Counted from the first letter of the stretch, positions 18,732 to 28,740 are shown. The stretch: DNA of 37,834 bases from an uncultured virus (IMG/VR IMGVR_UViG_3300044640_002305) (IMGVR_UViG_3300044640_002305), one strand, 5' to 3'. Program-made: numbers and translations. The notes: generated from the letters alone by a model not told the origin.

Positions 18732-21700
18732 TATGTAACGTTATGTACTAAAACATTATTTATGATGAAGTTATGGTTACCAGTAACGTTTTTAACGTTC
18801 CAAACCCTAACCATTTTATTTTGTTTTTCAATTATTTTAGAAATTTTAACTTTATTAAATTTATTGTTAGAATAATAAAAACATTCATCACCACTACTAA
18901 TTTGTTTTGTGGGTCCTATATGTTCAGAATCATTTACATCAGTTTGTCTATAAGAAGACCAACCTTTACCAACAACCCAAATAGGGTGGGTATCGGTACA
19001 AGTTATTTTAATTCCGTTATCAAAATTGTAAATTACAAGATTATCTTTATAATTTATTGTAACGTTTTCAATACTACTTTCTTCAAAAATATTTGTATTT
19101 ACATTATAACTTAATACAATATCACCAACTACTAAATCTTCAATATTAATATTTTTACCACTACTTAACTTAATTTTAGAACCAGCCACAAAACATGAAA
19201 CATCATAAGTAGGTGATGCTGGTTCGTAATCAGTATTACTATTACTTTTCTTTTGTTTTTTTGGTTTTGGTTTTGTGCCAGATAATTCACCCTCATCAAG
19301 AAAAGTAAAACGTTGTGTATAGTAATTTTTCTTATCTTCTTTGGTGTATGTTAAATACTGTCTATCTTTTCTAACAGTCTGAGTTAAAAATCCTTTATAC
19401 CCATTTAAAACATATGAATTATCAAAACCACCACTTGTTGTTGACCAATTATCTAAACTACCATTATCATTCCAATTTAATGGGTCTAAGCCTAATAACC
19501 ATCTAGCATTTTCACCTGTTGCCCAAGATTCAAAAGCATCAATAAATTGTATTTTTAAACTTTTTGGTATAAACATTAATTCTTTACATTCTTCTTTTAA
19601 AATAGGGTATTTATTATTTAATAAATTAGGTGTCTTATCACTGTAATTGATATTCTTATTTGTTTCAGTACTTAGATTAGTAATAACCAATGTTTTAGGA
19701 CTTGTAAAATCAATACCTCTACCACTATCACTTAAAATAAAAGGCATTTGGTCGGGTCTACATTGGTCAAACCATCCTTTGGTAATATTACCTACAGCAC
19801 TTCTAAATATACCATTACTAGGGACTTTATCATCATTTTTACCAAAAATAGAACTTGATTTAGTCCATCCGGCTCGATATAATGAATTTGTAAAGTTAAA
19901 ATCAGAAGCAGATAAACCAGGAGGAAAATTAATACTGTTATTAGGTCCGATAATTACTGGTTTTTGAGTTCCAAAATTTTTACTTATGGATGCTCCACCA
20001 TTGGTCCATCTATCTACACCCCCTTGGGCACCTAACCATCTTCTTTGATAACTAGAATTTGTACCACCAAAAGATAAAGCATTTTGTTCTGGTTTTATTG
20101 CGTATACAGAACCACCTTTAAACCAAGGTCTAGACGTAGATGTATGGAAAAACCATACAGGGTCGTTTATGTCATCTATACCTATATTTGAATTGTCAGA
20201 AAGGTATGATTTATTTAATCTATTCCACCCTGAATTTATACTAGCGTCATAAGGAAAAGGGTCTTTTGTAGGTTTTATTTCGTCCCATAATAATAAATTA
20301 GTTTCTTTCATTCTCCATAAAATGGCTCCAATTAATAATATATAAGCTTTAGGTGGATATGCCATAATAGCTGAAGTTGTGAAATTAGAAAATGATGATA
20401 AATCTGTATCACTATTGCCATCCCAAGGTGGAAAATGTCCTGTTCTAAATTCAGATTTTAAATTATCAAAACCAAATGACATTACCGCCATATAAGCCAA
20501 TGGTTTGTATATATTATTAGTATTATCTACACCCCACTGATTTAATCCCCACCAAGTAGACCAATTTCTTCTTTGGTTTGAATCAGCTTTATTATGGTAA
20601 GATGGGTATGTACCAATATCTTCTCCAAGGTAAGTAGCAAATTCACCAGAAGTTTTACCAGCCACTATTGAAACTACTTCATCAAGAGCCACGGTACCGT
20701 TATCACCACCAGACTCAGCGTATTGCCAAGAATTTTTCCATAAAGGATAATTAAGTAACCATAGTGGTGTGTTTATTATTGAATCCGCGGAACCAACAGA
20801 AGTATTAGTATTTGAGGCACCCATAAAATTAGACCAAAATATATATTTTGGAGAATAACTGTCATAAATTGTTCTCGATGAACTTAAATCTAATATTGGT
20901 CCCTCTTGTGGTAGGTCTTTTAGGTTTTCATATGTATGATAAAAATTAGGTGCAAAATAATCACCTAAAGTAAGCATATTTGTATTTTTATCTCTACTTA
21001 AATTTATGTCAGCCTCTGTCTCTATCACTTTTTTTGTATCATAAGCGGTAGTTGGTTTGTCCCTAGGTGTTTTTGGCCTGAATTTTAATAATCTATACGC
21101 TAAAGAACCAACTTCTAAAAGATTTTCGGCTATACCACTATCAGTTTCTTCAGTACTAGCATAATATTTTTTATAACCATTTTTAATTTCTTCTATTAAT
21201 GAATCACTACTAAAATCTATTTCTCTTGCTGTTAAATCAGTGTCTTTTACTAAAACAGCTCCACTTCCGTCATTATTATGTGGGTTTGCTGATATTTTTA
21301 TATCTTTAGCACTATCAACCCTATCATTTAAATAAATTGGGCCTGTTAGTGTTAATACATTTTTAGCTGTAACGTATTGGAAATAGCTATTCCATATTTG
21401 TGATTGTTTATCTACAAGAGCTGGTGTACCACCAATAGCCGCGGTAGCCGAAACTTTCCACTCATCAAATTTTTGTGTTTTAAGTTTATTGGTTAAAACT
21501 CTTTTTATTTCTGTTATAATAAAATCTTTCTTTGCTGTTGTAATATCATTTTGTAACCATTCTAGGGTCGTATTTACCCCGCCATCTAATTTAAGGGTTG
21601 TCATCAAATTTAAAGCATCAACATAACCCCAATCTTTCATTCTTTTTGTGGTAGCGGGAACTATTTTTCTTTTAAAAGAATCTGTATCTTTCCCTTGTGA

Positions 21701-23908
21701 ACCGTAGGTAAATCCTTCACCACCATATCTACCTAATTGGTTATTTGCAGCAATATTTTGTAATACTTTTGGGTTTTCTGCTAATCTTTGTGGTTTAATA
21801 GAATACTTATTACCAGTGTTAGAATATCCATTACTAGCCCCATTACCATTAGTTAATGTTTCTACACCCCAACCATTTTTAAAACCTAATTGTGATTTCC
21901 AAACACTTAAACTATTAATCATAGTGTAGTCACCAATAATAAAAGCATTTTCACCCATTACTTTATAGATTGAATCAGCCCAAGAAGCTTGGTCACTACT
22001 ACCGTTTTGTATTTTTAACCATCTATTTGGTGATTCTACTACACCAAATGCGTGAGTTTCGTAGGGTGTGATTGGGGCAAAATTATCATAACCAGGTAAA
22101 TTTTCTAATTGTAATTCTAAAACAGCTAATTCACCTTTTAATTTTGTTAAAGCTTTAATAAACGATTCAACAAATATTACTTCAGGCCAACTAACAAATT
22201 CGGGATTTTCCCCTGGGTATGTTTCTTTATCCCCAACTTCACTATCAGAACCTTGTTTCTTTTCATAATATGTTGGCCAAGGATATACTTTGTTTTTTTG
22301 TTTATCGTTCTCTTCATCAGATAATTCAGCACCATTATTTTGGGTACCTTTTAAATCTAAAATTTGTTGGAGCCCAGTTTTATCTAGGCCAATATTCACA
22401 TTATTTTCTTGGTGATATTTTTCTGCGTCACGAGAAGTTCTTAATAGTAATTCTAGAAATACCTCAACGTTTGTTAGAATTATAGCAAAAACATTACTAA
22501 TTGTAGGTAAAAAACCTAACGTGGTCACAACTTCTTTGTTTAAGAAATTTTTAGTATTATCTTTTTCAATTATATATTTTTTATTAAGTTCTACACTAGC
22601 AACATCAATAGGTTTTAATAAACTTTCATATATATCAATATAATAATCTCTTAAACCATCAACTATATTTATTGGTGTACCGAAAAATCCAGAAGCATTA
22701 GTTTTAATTGTATCCCAAGAAAGTATTGGTGGTCCATCAATAGCATTATTTGTGTAATAACTATTTACGGAATTATATTTTGCACCTATAGTACCACCTA
22801 ATTGAGAGTTTTCCCCTGTACCAAAATAAGTTTCAACTACTTTTTTAAGTTCAACTAATACTGGATTATCATCTGATGCACTAACGTTGGGTAATTTTAA
22901 ATATAATGTGTTTTTTTGGTTTGTAGTATTGGGACTAATTCTATACCCACCATTGGGGGAATTAGCTATTTTTTCTAAAAATTTTTGTCTAAATTCTAAA
23001 ACTGATTCTCGTAACCCCTTTAACTCATTTTTGGTTTTATTAATTTTACCTAAATTGGTTACTTGTGTAGAATTTTTTAATTCACTTGTTCTTGATTCTA
23101 GTTTTTTAGAGGATTTAATTAAATCATAAACGTTTATAGGTTTTGTAGCATCAGTGAATGACGTTTGGTCTATTAATGGTGTTTCTACATTATTAACCAA
23201 AACTTTTTTATCCATTAATAATTTCCATTTTTCAGCCAAAATATCTTTACCATTATGTGGTTTTTCCATAAATCCAGCTGCCATAACATATCCCATAGGG
23301 ATATCCGCTAAGAATGCATAAGTATAACCCACAAATTCTGCTTTCGATTCAAAGTTACCTGTGTCCGAATTAAATTTTGTATTAAATTTAGTTAAAGCTA
23401 ATGTGTATGTAACTGGTCTACCATAATATCCTTTTACTGTTAATTCAAAAACAGGGTAAGGTAAGTGAAAAAAGACTGCGTAAGGTGAACAGGGTCCTTG
23501 TTCAAATAAAGCTGCTCCACGAACATCCACAAAATCAATTACAATTTGTGGCATGAAACTAGATTTAAATTCTATATTAATATTTGTGATACCAAATGAA
23601 CCTAAATCTTCACCAAAGTTTAAGTTACCACCCCCAATGTTAGTCCAACTAGTATCAATACTATCTTTACCTGTTGGGTATGTGAAGTTAGTTTCTGATT
23701 TTACATTTCTTTGTTCTACAATATTAGTAACTTGGTCATTAGCGTCATCAAATGTTAAGATACTTCTACCTTTAGACCTAGCAACTAGTTTTACATACAT
23801 CACCAAGTCTTCGTGATTAACTATTTCATCTGTTGGGTTTGGGTCAACGTATCTAATTCCGTTACCCATATCTTGAACTTTTGGTTGTGGTCCTTGATTA
23901 AGTGCCAT
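18731..23908 (-). CDS. Large baseplate hub-like protein N-half with C-terminal Hint domain
   Basis: Follows LysM/gp53-like gene; N-terminal beta-rich FGITNINIEF...IDFVDVRG...YPVFELTVKGYYG...NFESKAEFVGY segment resembling a hub barrel; C-terminal Hint. Confidence 0.7.
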   Translation of the reverse strand: MALNQGPQPKVQDMGNGIRYVDPNPTDEIVNHEDLVMYVKLVARSKGRSILTFDDANDQVTNIVEQRNVKSETNFTYPTGKDSIDTSWTNIGGGNLNFGEDLGSFGITNINIEFKSSFMPQIVIDFVDVRGAALFEQGPCSPYAVFFHLPYPVFELTVKGYYGRPVTYTLALTKFNTKFNSDTGNFESKAEFVGYTYAFLADIPMGYVMAAGFMEKPHNGKDILAEKWKLLMDKKVLVNNVETPLIDQTSFTDATKPINVYDLIKSSKKLESRTSELKNSTQVTNLGKINKTKNELKGLRESVLEFRQKFLEKIANSPNGGYRISPNTTNQKNTLYLKLPNVSASDDNPVLVELKKVVETYFGTGENSQLGGTIGAKYNSVNSYYTNNAIDGPPILSWDTIKTNASGFFGTPINIVDGLRDYYIDIYESLLKPIDVASVELNKKYIIEKDNTKNFLNKEVVTTLGFLPTISNVFAIILTNVEVFLELLLRTSRDAEKYHQENNVNIGLDKTGLQQILDLKGTQNNGAELSDEENDKQKNKVYPWPTYYEKKQGSDSEVGDKETYPGENPEFVSWPEVIFVESFIKALTKLKGELAVLELQLENLPGYDNFAPITPYETHAFGVVESPNRWLKIQNGSSDQASWADSIYKVMGENAFIIGDYTMINSLSVWKSQLGFKNGWGVETLTNGNGASNGYSNTGNKYSIKPQRLAENPKVLQNIAANNQLGRYGGEGFTYGSQGKDTDSFKRKIVPATTKRMKDWGYVDALNLMTTLKLDGGVNTTLEWLQNDITTAKKDFIITEIKRVLTNKLKTQKFDEWKVSATAAIGGTPALVDKQSQIWNSYFQYVTAKNVLTLTGPIYLNDRVDSAKDIKISANPHNNDGSGAVLVKDTDLTAREIDFSSDSLIEEIKNGYKKYYASTEETDSGIAENLLEVGSLAYRLLKFRPKTPRDKPTTAYDTKKVIETEADINLSRDKNTNMLTLGDYFAPNFYHTYENLKDLPQEGPILDLSSSRTIYDSYSPKYIFWSNFMGASNTNTSVGSADSIINTPLWLLNYPLWKNSWQYAESGGDNGTVALDEVVSIVAGKTSGEFATYLGEDIGTYPSYHNKADSNQRRNWSTWWGLNQWGVDNTNNIYKPLAYMAVMSFGFDNLKSEFRTGHFPPWDGNSDTDLSSFSNFTTSAIMAYPPKAYILLIGAILWRMKETNLLLWDEIKPTKDPFPYDASINSGWNRLNKSYLSDNSNIGIDDINDPVWFFHTSTSRPWFKGGSVYAIKPEQNALSFGGTNSSYQRRWLGAQGGVDRWTNGGASISKNFGTQKPVIIGPNNSINFPPGLSASDFNFTNSLYRAGWTKSSSIFGKNDDKVPSNGIFRSAVGNITKGWFDQCRPDQMPFILSDSGRGIDFTSPKTLVITNLSTETNKNINYSDKTPNLLNNKYPILKEECKELMFIPKSLKIQFIDAFESWATGENARWLLGLDPLNWNDNGSLDNWSTTSGGFDNSYVLNGYKGFLTQTVRKDRQYLTYTKEDKKNYYTQRFTFLDEGELSGTKPKPKKQKKSNSNTDYEPASPTYDVSCFVAGSKIKLSSGKNINIEDLVVGDIVLSYNVNTNIFEESSIENVTINYKDNLVIYNFDNGIKITCTDTHPIWVVGKGWSSYRQTDVNDSEHIGPTKQISSGDECFYYSNNKFNKVKISKIIEKQNKMVRVWNVKNVTGNHNFIINNVLVHNVT
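18740..19195 (-). other. Hint (intein-like/BIL-like) domain, 152 aa, no homing endonuclease
   Basis: Block A CFVAGSKI (Cys1572), IEDLVVGD, block B TCTDTHPIWV (TxxH), block F/G VWNVKNVTGNHNFIINNVLVHN followed by only VT-stop. Confidence 0.92.
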
Positions 23909-23922
23909 AAAAAACTTATTAT

Positions 23923-24237
23923 TTATCCGTATAATCTTTTATATCTCTCTACTTGAGATTGGTATTCCTCTAATGATTTGTTTAAAGGAAATGGTACTAT
24001 TATAACTGTATTTTCAGGAATGTCAAACTCTAAACCACCGAATTCTGGATTAGCTTGTAATATCAACCAACCATGGAAGGGATTCCCATAATAAGTTTGA
24101 CTTATTTTATCAAATCTTGTTTTATTATCCGTAACAATTCTTTTGTCTGATGGTTTTACAGGTATTTTTATAAACGGTAAGGTTGTTACCATACCGTCTT
24201 TCCTGAAATCTCTATATCTATCGTAGTATATTGCCAT
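23923..24237 (-). CDS. LysM-like baseplate protein (T4 gp53 / P2 gpX-like)
   Basis: TRFDKISQTYYGNPFHGWLILQANP...IPENTVIIVP motif; position in tail module. Confidence 0.8.
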   Translation of the reverse strand: MAIYYDRYRDFRKDGMVTTLPFIKIPVKPSDKRIVTDNKTRFDKISQTYYGNPFHGWLILQANPEFGGLEFDIPENTVIIVPFPLNKSLEEYQSQVERYKRLYG

Positions 24238-24248
24238 ATTTTAAAATT

Positions 24249-27200
24249 TTATGCTGTTAATTCAGCCCATGTTTTAGGTACAGTACCTTTACAGAATACT
24301 TTTTTTACCACATTATAGAATCCTGTGTTTGTATAAAAACCACTATTTCCAGATGATTCTACAAAGAAGAAATTGAAACCGTTATCCCCGTTACAGTATA
24401 CCCTAAGAGGGTTGTTTATTGTACTATATACTTTATTATTATCAGGGTTTTTAAATGAACCACCAATAAAAATTTCTTTTCCGTTTGTGGTAGTTTGTAA
24501 ATAAACTTTTTGTCCTTTTTCTACCTTTAACTTATTAACACCGGCAGGTGCGGCATTTGTTCCACCACCTTTTTTCCATGTTAATATTTGTGTATATTGC
24601 ATTGTATATACACCAGTCTTTTTATCAAATCCAGGGAATGTATTTCCTTTCACACCATCATTTTCTGCTGTTGAGCTATCAGCTATTTCTTCTTCTTTTT
24701 TAGTGAACTCTTGGTCAACTTTAGTTTGTTCAGCAACTGTTGATTGTGCCTCTTTACCAGCTACTTGTTGGTCCGCTTGTTGTGCATCAGCTGTAGCTTT
24801 TGCTTTATCATTTGGTACCGTATCTGTACTAGAATTTGATGTAGACCCATTAGAGTCATTATTAGATAAACTTGTTGATGTTGATTGTCTAGGTGTCATG
24901 AAAGCACCGTATTCAATAGAACCATTAGCTCCTGCAGGTGTTTGTACTGTAAATTCAGTTTCTTGTCCTGTAAGTGGGTCAACCCTTTTTGTTACATATT
25001 TACCAACCGATTTAGAAATTACTCTTGGGTTATATAAGGCCGTATTAGCAAAGAAGTTAAATCCTACTGCATTTTGTAATTGTGATATAGGTCCACCTAG
25101 TGAAGAACCACCAATAAATTTAAAACTTAAATCAGCTTTACATAACATTGGTTGTACACCAATACCTTCAGGATTTAAATCCCATTGTAATGGGTCAAAA
25201 GTTAAATTAACTGAATCTATAATAATTTTGGTATGATAAAAATCACCAATTCTTAAAACACAAACAGGTGGTTTACCAAATGCTAAATTACTAGGTTCAC
25301 CTACAGCAATGTTAGGTCCTTGTCTTGTACATTGTTTTAAGAATGTTAATCTAGCATTAAAACCTTCAGGTGTCATTGAGTGAAATGCTGGGTGGAAATA
25401 TTTTAATTTCTGTGTTAATGTTTCATAAATAAATGAATCATCTTGTTTCATTTTTTCAAAATAAGAACATTCCCAAGCCATGTATCTAGAAGCTTTCGCT
25501 GCTAACGCTGCAGCTAATTCAGCTTCACGTTGTCTTTCTATTTTTTCTTTACTAGCGGGTATTGTGGTTTCAACATCTCTAACAGTAACTACTGTTTGTT
25601 CTGTTTGCTCTGTTATTGGTGGTTGTGCCGCACCAATTAAAGTATCATCAATTTCTTTATTATATTCTAAAGTAACTAGTGTTGTTCTATTTCTTATAGC
25701 TTGTGGTACACTTGTTTGTGAATCACCAAAAGTTCTATTATCATCTTTTTGTTCCGTTTTTTGTCCAGTACCATCATCATAAGATACTGATAAACTAGAA
25801 TCGGTTTCACCAACAGCTAAAACTTCCCATCTTAAATTACTATCTCGCCATTCTTTTTCCGTTGGGTATGTTTTTTGTGAACCTAAATTTTCTGCTTTAA
25901 CAACACCAACAGCTGTTTCTACAGCGTAAAGTGTGTTTAATAAATAATCTTTTGTTGAATTAGCACGTTTTTGAGCTAATTTTTCATTACTTTTACCACC
26001 TGAAGTTGGTCCTGCATCACTTGTTTTACCAATAATTTTAATTTTATATCTTTTACCGTCAGGTGTTAATAAGAAATCAACTAAAGTATTTAAATTGTCT
26101 AAAGCTTGTTGGTTTAAAGTTTCTATATCAGTTTGTGTACTAGATGTAAAAGCAGGGTTAGGTATAAACTGACCAGGATTATTCGGGTTAGGTATGGTAG
26201 GTGGTGGTGTACCTGAACTACCTCTTAAATAACCATTAGGCCAAAGTTTAGTATATTGAGATAAATAATTGGGTGGTTTTTCATCAGCATTAGAACCTAA
26301 TTCAGTTGTTAAGTTTGTACCAACAGAATCTAATTCAAATCTTCTAGCATTCCTAAAATAAAATTGTAACTTAGTTACTGGTGGTGGTTCAGGGTCACAA
26401 ACTTCAGGGTTATCTTTAGTTACATCAGTTTTAGTTGTTGTTGTTTCTGTAACTTGTTGTACCTTTGTTTCATCTTCAACTGCTTTAGGTACAATTGACG
26501 TAAAGGCTTCTATTGGATTTTCACATCCAGCGAAATATCTAAATAAAGCTTCTTCCCCCTTTTGTTTTATTTCAGTCATTGCCATTGAGTGGTCAATAAT
26601 CAAGGTAAAACTAAGGGTACCACTTCTTTCGGTATTATTGTAAGTGTACACAGGTTCACCTCTACCAATAAAACTTGTTGCTTCCCAATTGGCACTAGAG
26701 TTATCGGTAAAACTAATATCATAGGGTGGGAACCACATTATACGTCCACCGTTAGGTCCTACCTCACAAGGAGCAACATGTAATATATGTTCACTATTTT
26801 GCCAAGCTAAATTTTCAATAGACAACATGTATTTTTGAATTTGTGGATTTCCTAATTTTAATACACCAGATTCTAAATTATTTTCACTACCATCAGTGCT
26901 GAAACTTCTAGATTTAAAATCCCCAACATATGGTGCTATTTTAACAAAACCATTATTATCTAATACACTTAAATTTAAATCTTCTCTTGTTAAACTTCTT
27001 GTATTACCAGAAGAATCAACACCACCTCCGTGTCTAATTAAATCACTAACTTTTCTGTATGGATTTCTTACAGACCAAGAACGACAATAAAAATTGTTTT
27101 CTGCATCAGTAACGGTGTTACCCATAGAGTAATTATTATGTCTACCACTTTTTGCATCAAAATTTGAGGCGTCGTTTGTTGCACCGACAAATCTTGCTTT

Positions 27201-28622
27201 ATCTTTATAATCTTTTGTATTTCTAGAATTATTAATTAAATCTTGTGTGTATTTTAAAATACCTTTTTTAAATGGGTTGTTGGTGTGACTACCCCAATAC
27301 ATTCCCCTATCATAAGATATACCACTATTTTTAGAACCATTTATTTCTCCTGGGTAAAATTCATCACCAACATTCATAGGTATTTTTGTACCTATAGGTC
27401 CATCGGGTCCATTATCAGGAATAGTTAGACTTAATCCAATACCAGGTATCTCTATTTTAGTTATGGGTCCCTGTGTTTGCCAAGTATCTATATTTTGACC
27501 ATTCCATAATGTATCAAATTCAGCCTGTGCGTTTTCTTGGATATTGTCTAATGTGATTGATGGGTTTTCTGTTTCTGTGGGTGGTGTATTTCCTTCTATA
27601 CCAACCCCGTTATTAACCCCACCATTTAAAGCGTCAACCGCTTTTCCTACAGCCTGATTTATTTTATCTATTAAAGGAATTCCTAACGCTTGTCCTAATG
27701 TTGTACTAGCGGGTGATAAATAATTATTTTTTTGTGCAGCTTGTCCTGCTCCAAAAGTATTTGCTAAGAAACCTTTTGGTTCACTTAATGTAGGTCCGTA
27801 TTTATTTCTAGCTACAGCGTTATAGATTAAAGTTTTTGTACCAGAACCAGTAGAGTCCATTAAATCGGAATACGAAACTGGGTTATCTAAATCTCCGTAG
27901 GAACCAAAGGCACCTGACGGTATTGGACTATTCGGTATTGTTACATCTGCTGCATCACTAAAAAATTCAAATACCTTACCTAAAACTGTCGGTCTTGTTG
28001 TGATTTTATAATCTCTAAGGATTAAATCTTCTCCCGCTAATAATCCAAAAGGGTCTAAATTTAATTTACCTAAAATATTATCTTGAGCTTTAAGTTTAAG
28101 TCTATTAATAGCTTCTTCTTTTCTTCTATCTTTCGCAATATCATTTAAGTCTGAAGGAAAATTAATTGCCGCTCCAGGTCCTAAACCTGCTAATTGGTCA
28201 CTTAATAAAATTGATTTAAGGTCGTCTCCACCTGAAGAAGTAGGGTATTGTAAGAAACCTGTGTTTTCAGGTATTAAACCTGGTTCATTATAGGCCTCGA
28301 TTGTCGGTGGCCCATAGTTATTACCTGATAATAAATTAATATCTCTAACTTCGTGAAGTGAAGTGGAAAAATTACCCTCCACCAACCACTCATCAATATC
28401 ACCGGGATTCGATATACTTGTATAATTAATGGATTTCTCCAAACCTTTTTCAGCATAGTCACTACTAAAGTTACCTGCCGCACCGTTAATTAATTCAGGT
28501 GGTAAGTCAGGTAAATTTTTACTAAAAAGATAATCTCTAAAACTTTCTGCTGTCGTAACACCAATAAAATCGGTGGCGAAAAAATCTATATTATAATCAT
28601 TTGGGTTTATCGCGTTTGGCAT
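24249..28622 (-). CDS. Large baseplate / tail-tube initiator-like protein (gp48/gp54-like fold) with inserted OmpA-like domain
   Basis: FPPYDISFTDNSSANW....IGRGEPVYTYNNTERSGTLSF and PPVCVLRIGDFY..KIIIDSVNLTFD...W...PM...DLSFKFIG tube-fold halves flank KIIGKTSDAG...NEKLAQKRA...VGE...RNR (OmpA-like); directly downstream of TMP. Confidence 0.7.
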   Translation of the reverse strand: MPNAINPNDYNIDFFATDFIGVTTAESFRDYLFSKNLPDLPPELINGAAGNFSSDYAEKGLEKSINYTSISNPGDIDEWLVEGNFSTSLHEVRDINLLSGNNYGPPTIEAYNEPGLIPENTGFLQYPTSSGGDDLKSILLSDQLAGLGPGAAINFPSDLNDIAKDRRKEEAINRLKLKAQDNILGKLNLDPFGLLAGEDLILRDYKITTRPTVLGKVFEFFSDAADVTIPNSPIPSGAFGSYGDLDNPVSYSDLMDSTGSGTKTLIYNAVARNKYGPTLSEPKGFLANTFGAGQAAQKNNYLSPASTTLGQALGIPLIDKINQAVGKAVDALNGGVNNGVGIEGNTPPTETENPSITLDNIQENAQAEFDTLWNGQNIDTWQTQGPITKIEIPGIGLSLTIPDNGPDGPIGTKIPMNVGDEFYPGEINGSKNSGISYDRGMYWGSHTNNPFKKGILKYTQDLINNSRNTKDYKDKARFVGATNDASNFDAKSGRHNNYSMGNTVTDAENNFYCRSWSVRNPYRKVSDLIRHGGGVDSSGNTRSLTREDLNLSVLDNNGFVKIAPYVGDFKSRSFSTDGSENNLESGVLKLGNPQIQKYMLSIENLAWQNSEHILHVAPCEVGPNGGRIMWFPPYDISFTDNSSANWEATSFIGRGEPVYTYNNTERSGTLSFTLIIDHSMAMTEIKQKGEEALFRYFAGCENPIEAFTSIVPKAVEDETKVQQVTETTTTKTDVTKDNPEVCDPEPPPVTKLQFYFRNARRFELDSVGTNLTTELGSNADEKPPNYLSQYTKLWPNGYLRGSSGTPPPTIPNPNNPGQFIPNPAFTSSTQTDIETLNQQALDNLNTLVDFLLTPDGKRYKIKIIGKTSDAGPTSGGKSNEKLAQKRANSTKDYLLNTLYAVETAVGVVKAENLGSQKTYPTEKEWRDSNLRWEVLAVGETDSSLSVSYDDGTGQKTEQKDDNRTFGDSQTSVPQAIRNRTTLVTLEYNKEIDDTLIGAAQPPITEQTEQTVVTVRDVETTIPASKEKIERQREAELAAALAAKASRYMAWECSYFEKMKQDDSFIYETLTQKLKYFHPAFHSMTPEGFNARLTFLKQCTRQGPNIAVGEPSNLAFGKPPVCVLRIGDFYHTKIIIDSVNLTFDPLQWDLNPEGIGVQPMLCKADLSFKFIGGSSLGGPISQLQNAVGFNFFANTALYNPRVISKSVGKYVTKRVDPLTGQETEFTVQTPAGANGSIEYGAFMTPRQSTSTSLSNNDSNGSTSNSSTDTVPNDKAKATADAQQADQQVAGKEAQSTVAEQTKVDQEFTKKEEEIADSSTAENDGVKGNTFPGFDKKTGVYTMQYTQILTWKKGGGTNAAPAGVNKLKVEKGQKVYLQTTTNGKEIFIGGSFKNPDNNKVYSTINNPLRVYCNGDNGFNFFFVESSGNSGFYTNTGFYNVVKKVFCKGTVPKTWAELTA

Positions 28623-28640
28623 ACCTTTAAACTTTTTTAT

Positions 28641-28648
28641 ATAAATAT
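28641..28648 (-). promoter_or_regulatory. Putative late-promoter motif ATATTTAT
   Basis: 18 nt upstream of ATG 28622. Confidence 0.5.
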
Positions 28649-28740
28649 TTACATATTTAAATTTACTTACTAATTTTAGCGCATATCAGCTTTAATTAAA
28701 AATAAGTATTAATAATAAATAATAAATGCTTATATATTAA

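Noticed and set aside
18722..18750. Frameshift/readthrough fusing Hint gene to cassette A
   Set aside because: Cassette frame is open only three codons upstream of its ATG (TAA CGT TAC ATA ATG), no slippery heptamer, and +1 after Asn would still not be Ser/Thr/Cys; TAATG coupling is the simpler reading
1298..28483. Other short nested/antisense ORFs in the track (e.g. 1298, 4495, 7917, 7955, 9036, 9531, 10660, 12716, 18773, 24703, 28274)
   Set aside because: All lie within or largely overlap longer motif-bearing CDSs and show no recognisable protein features
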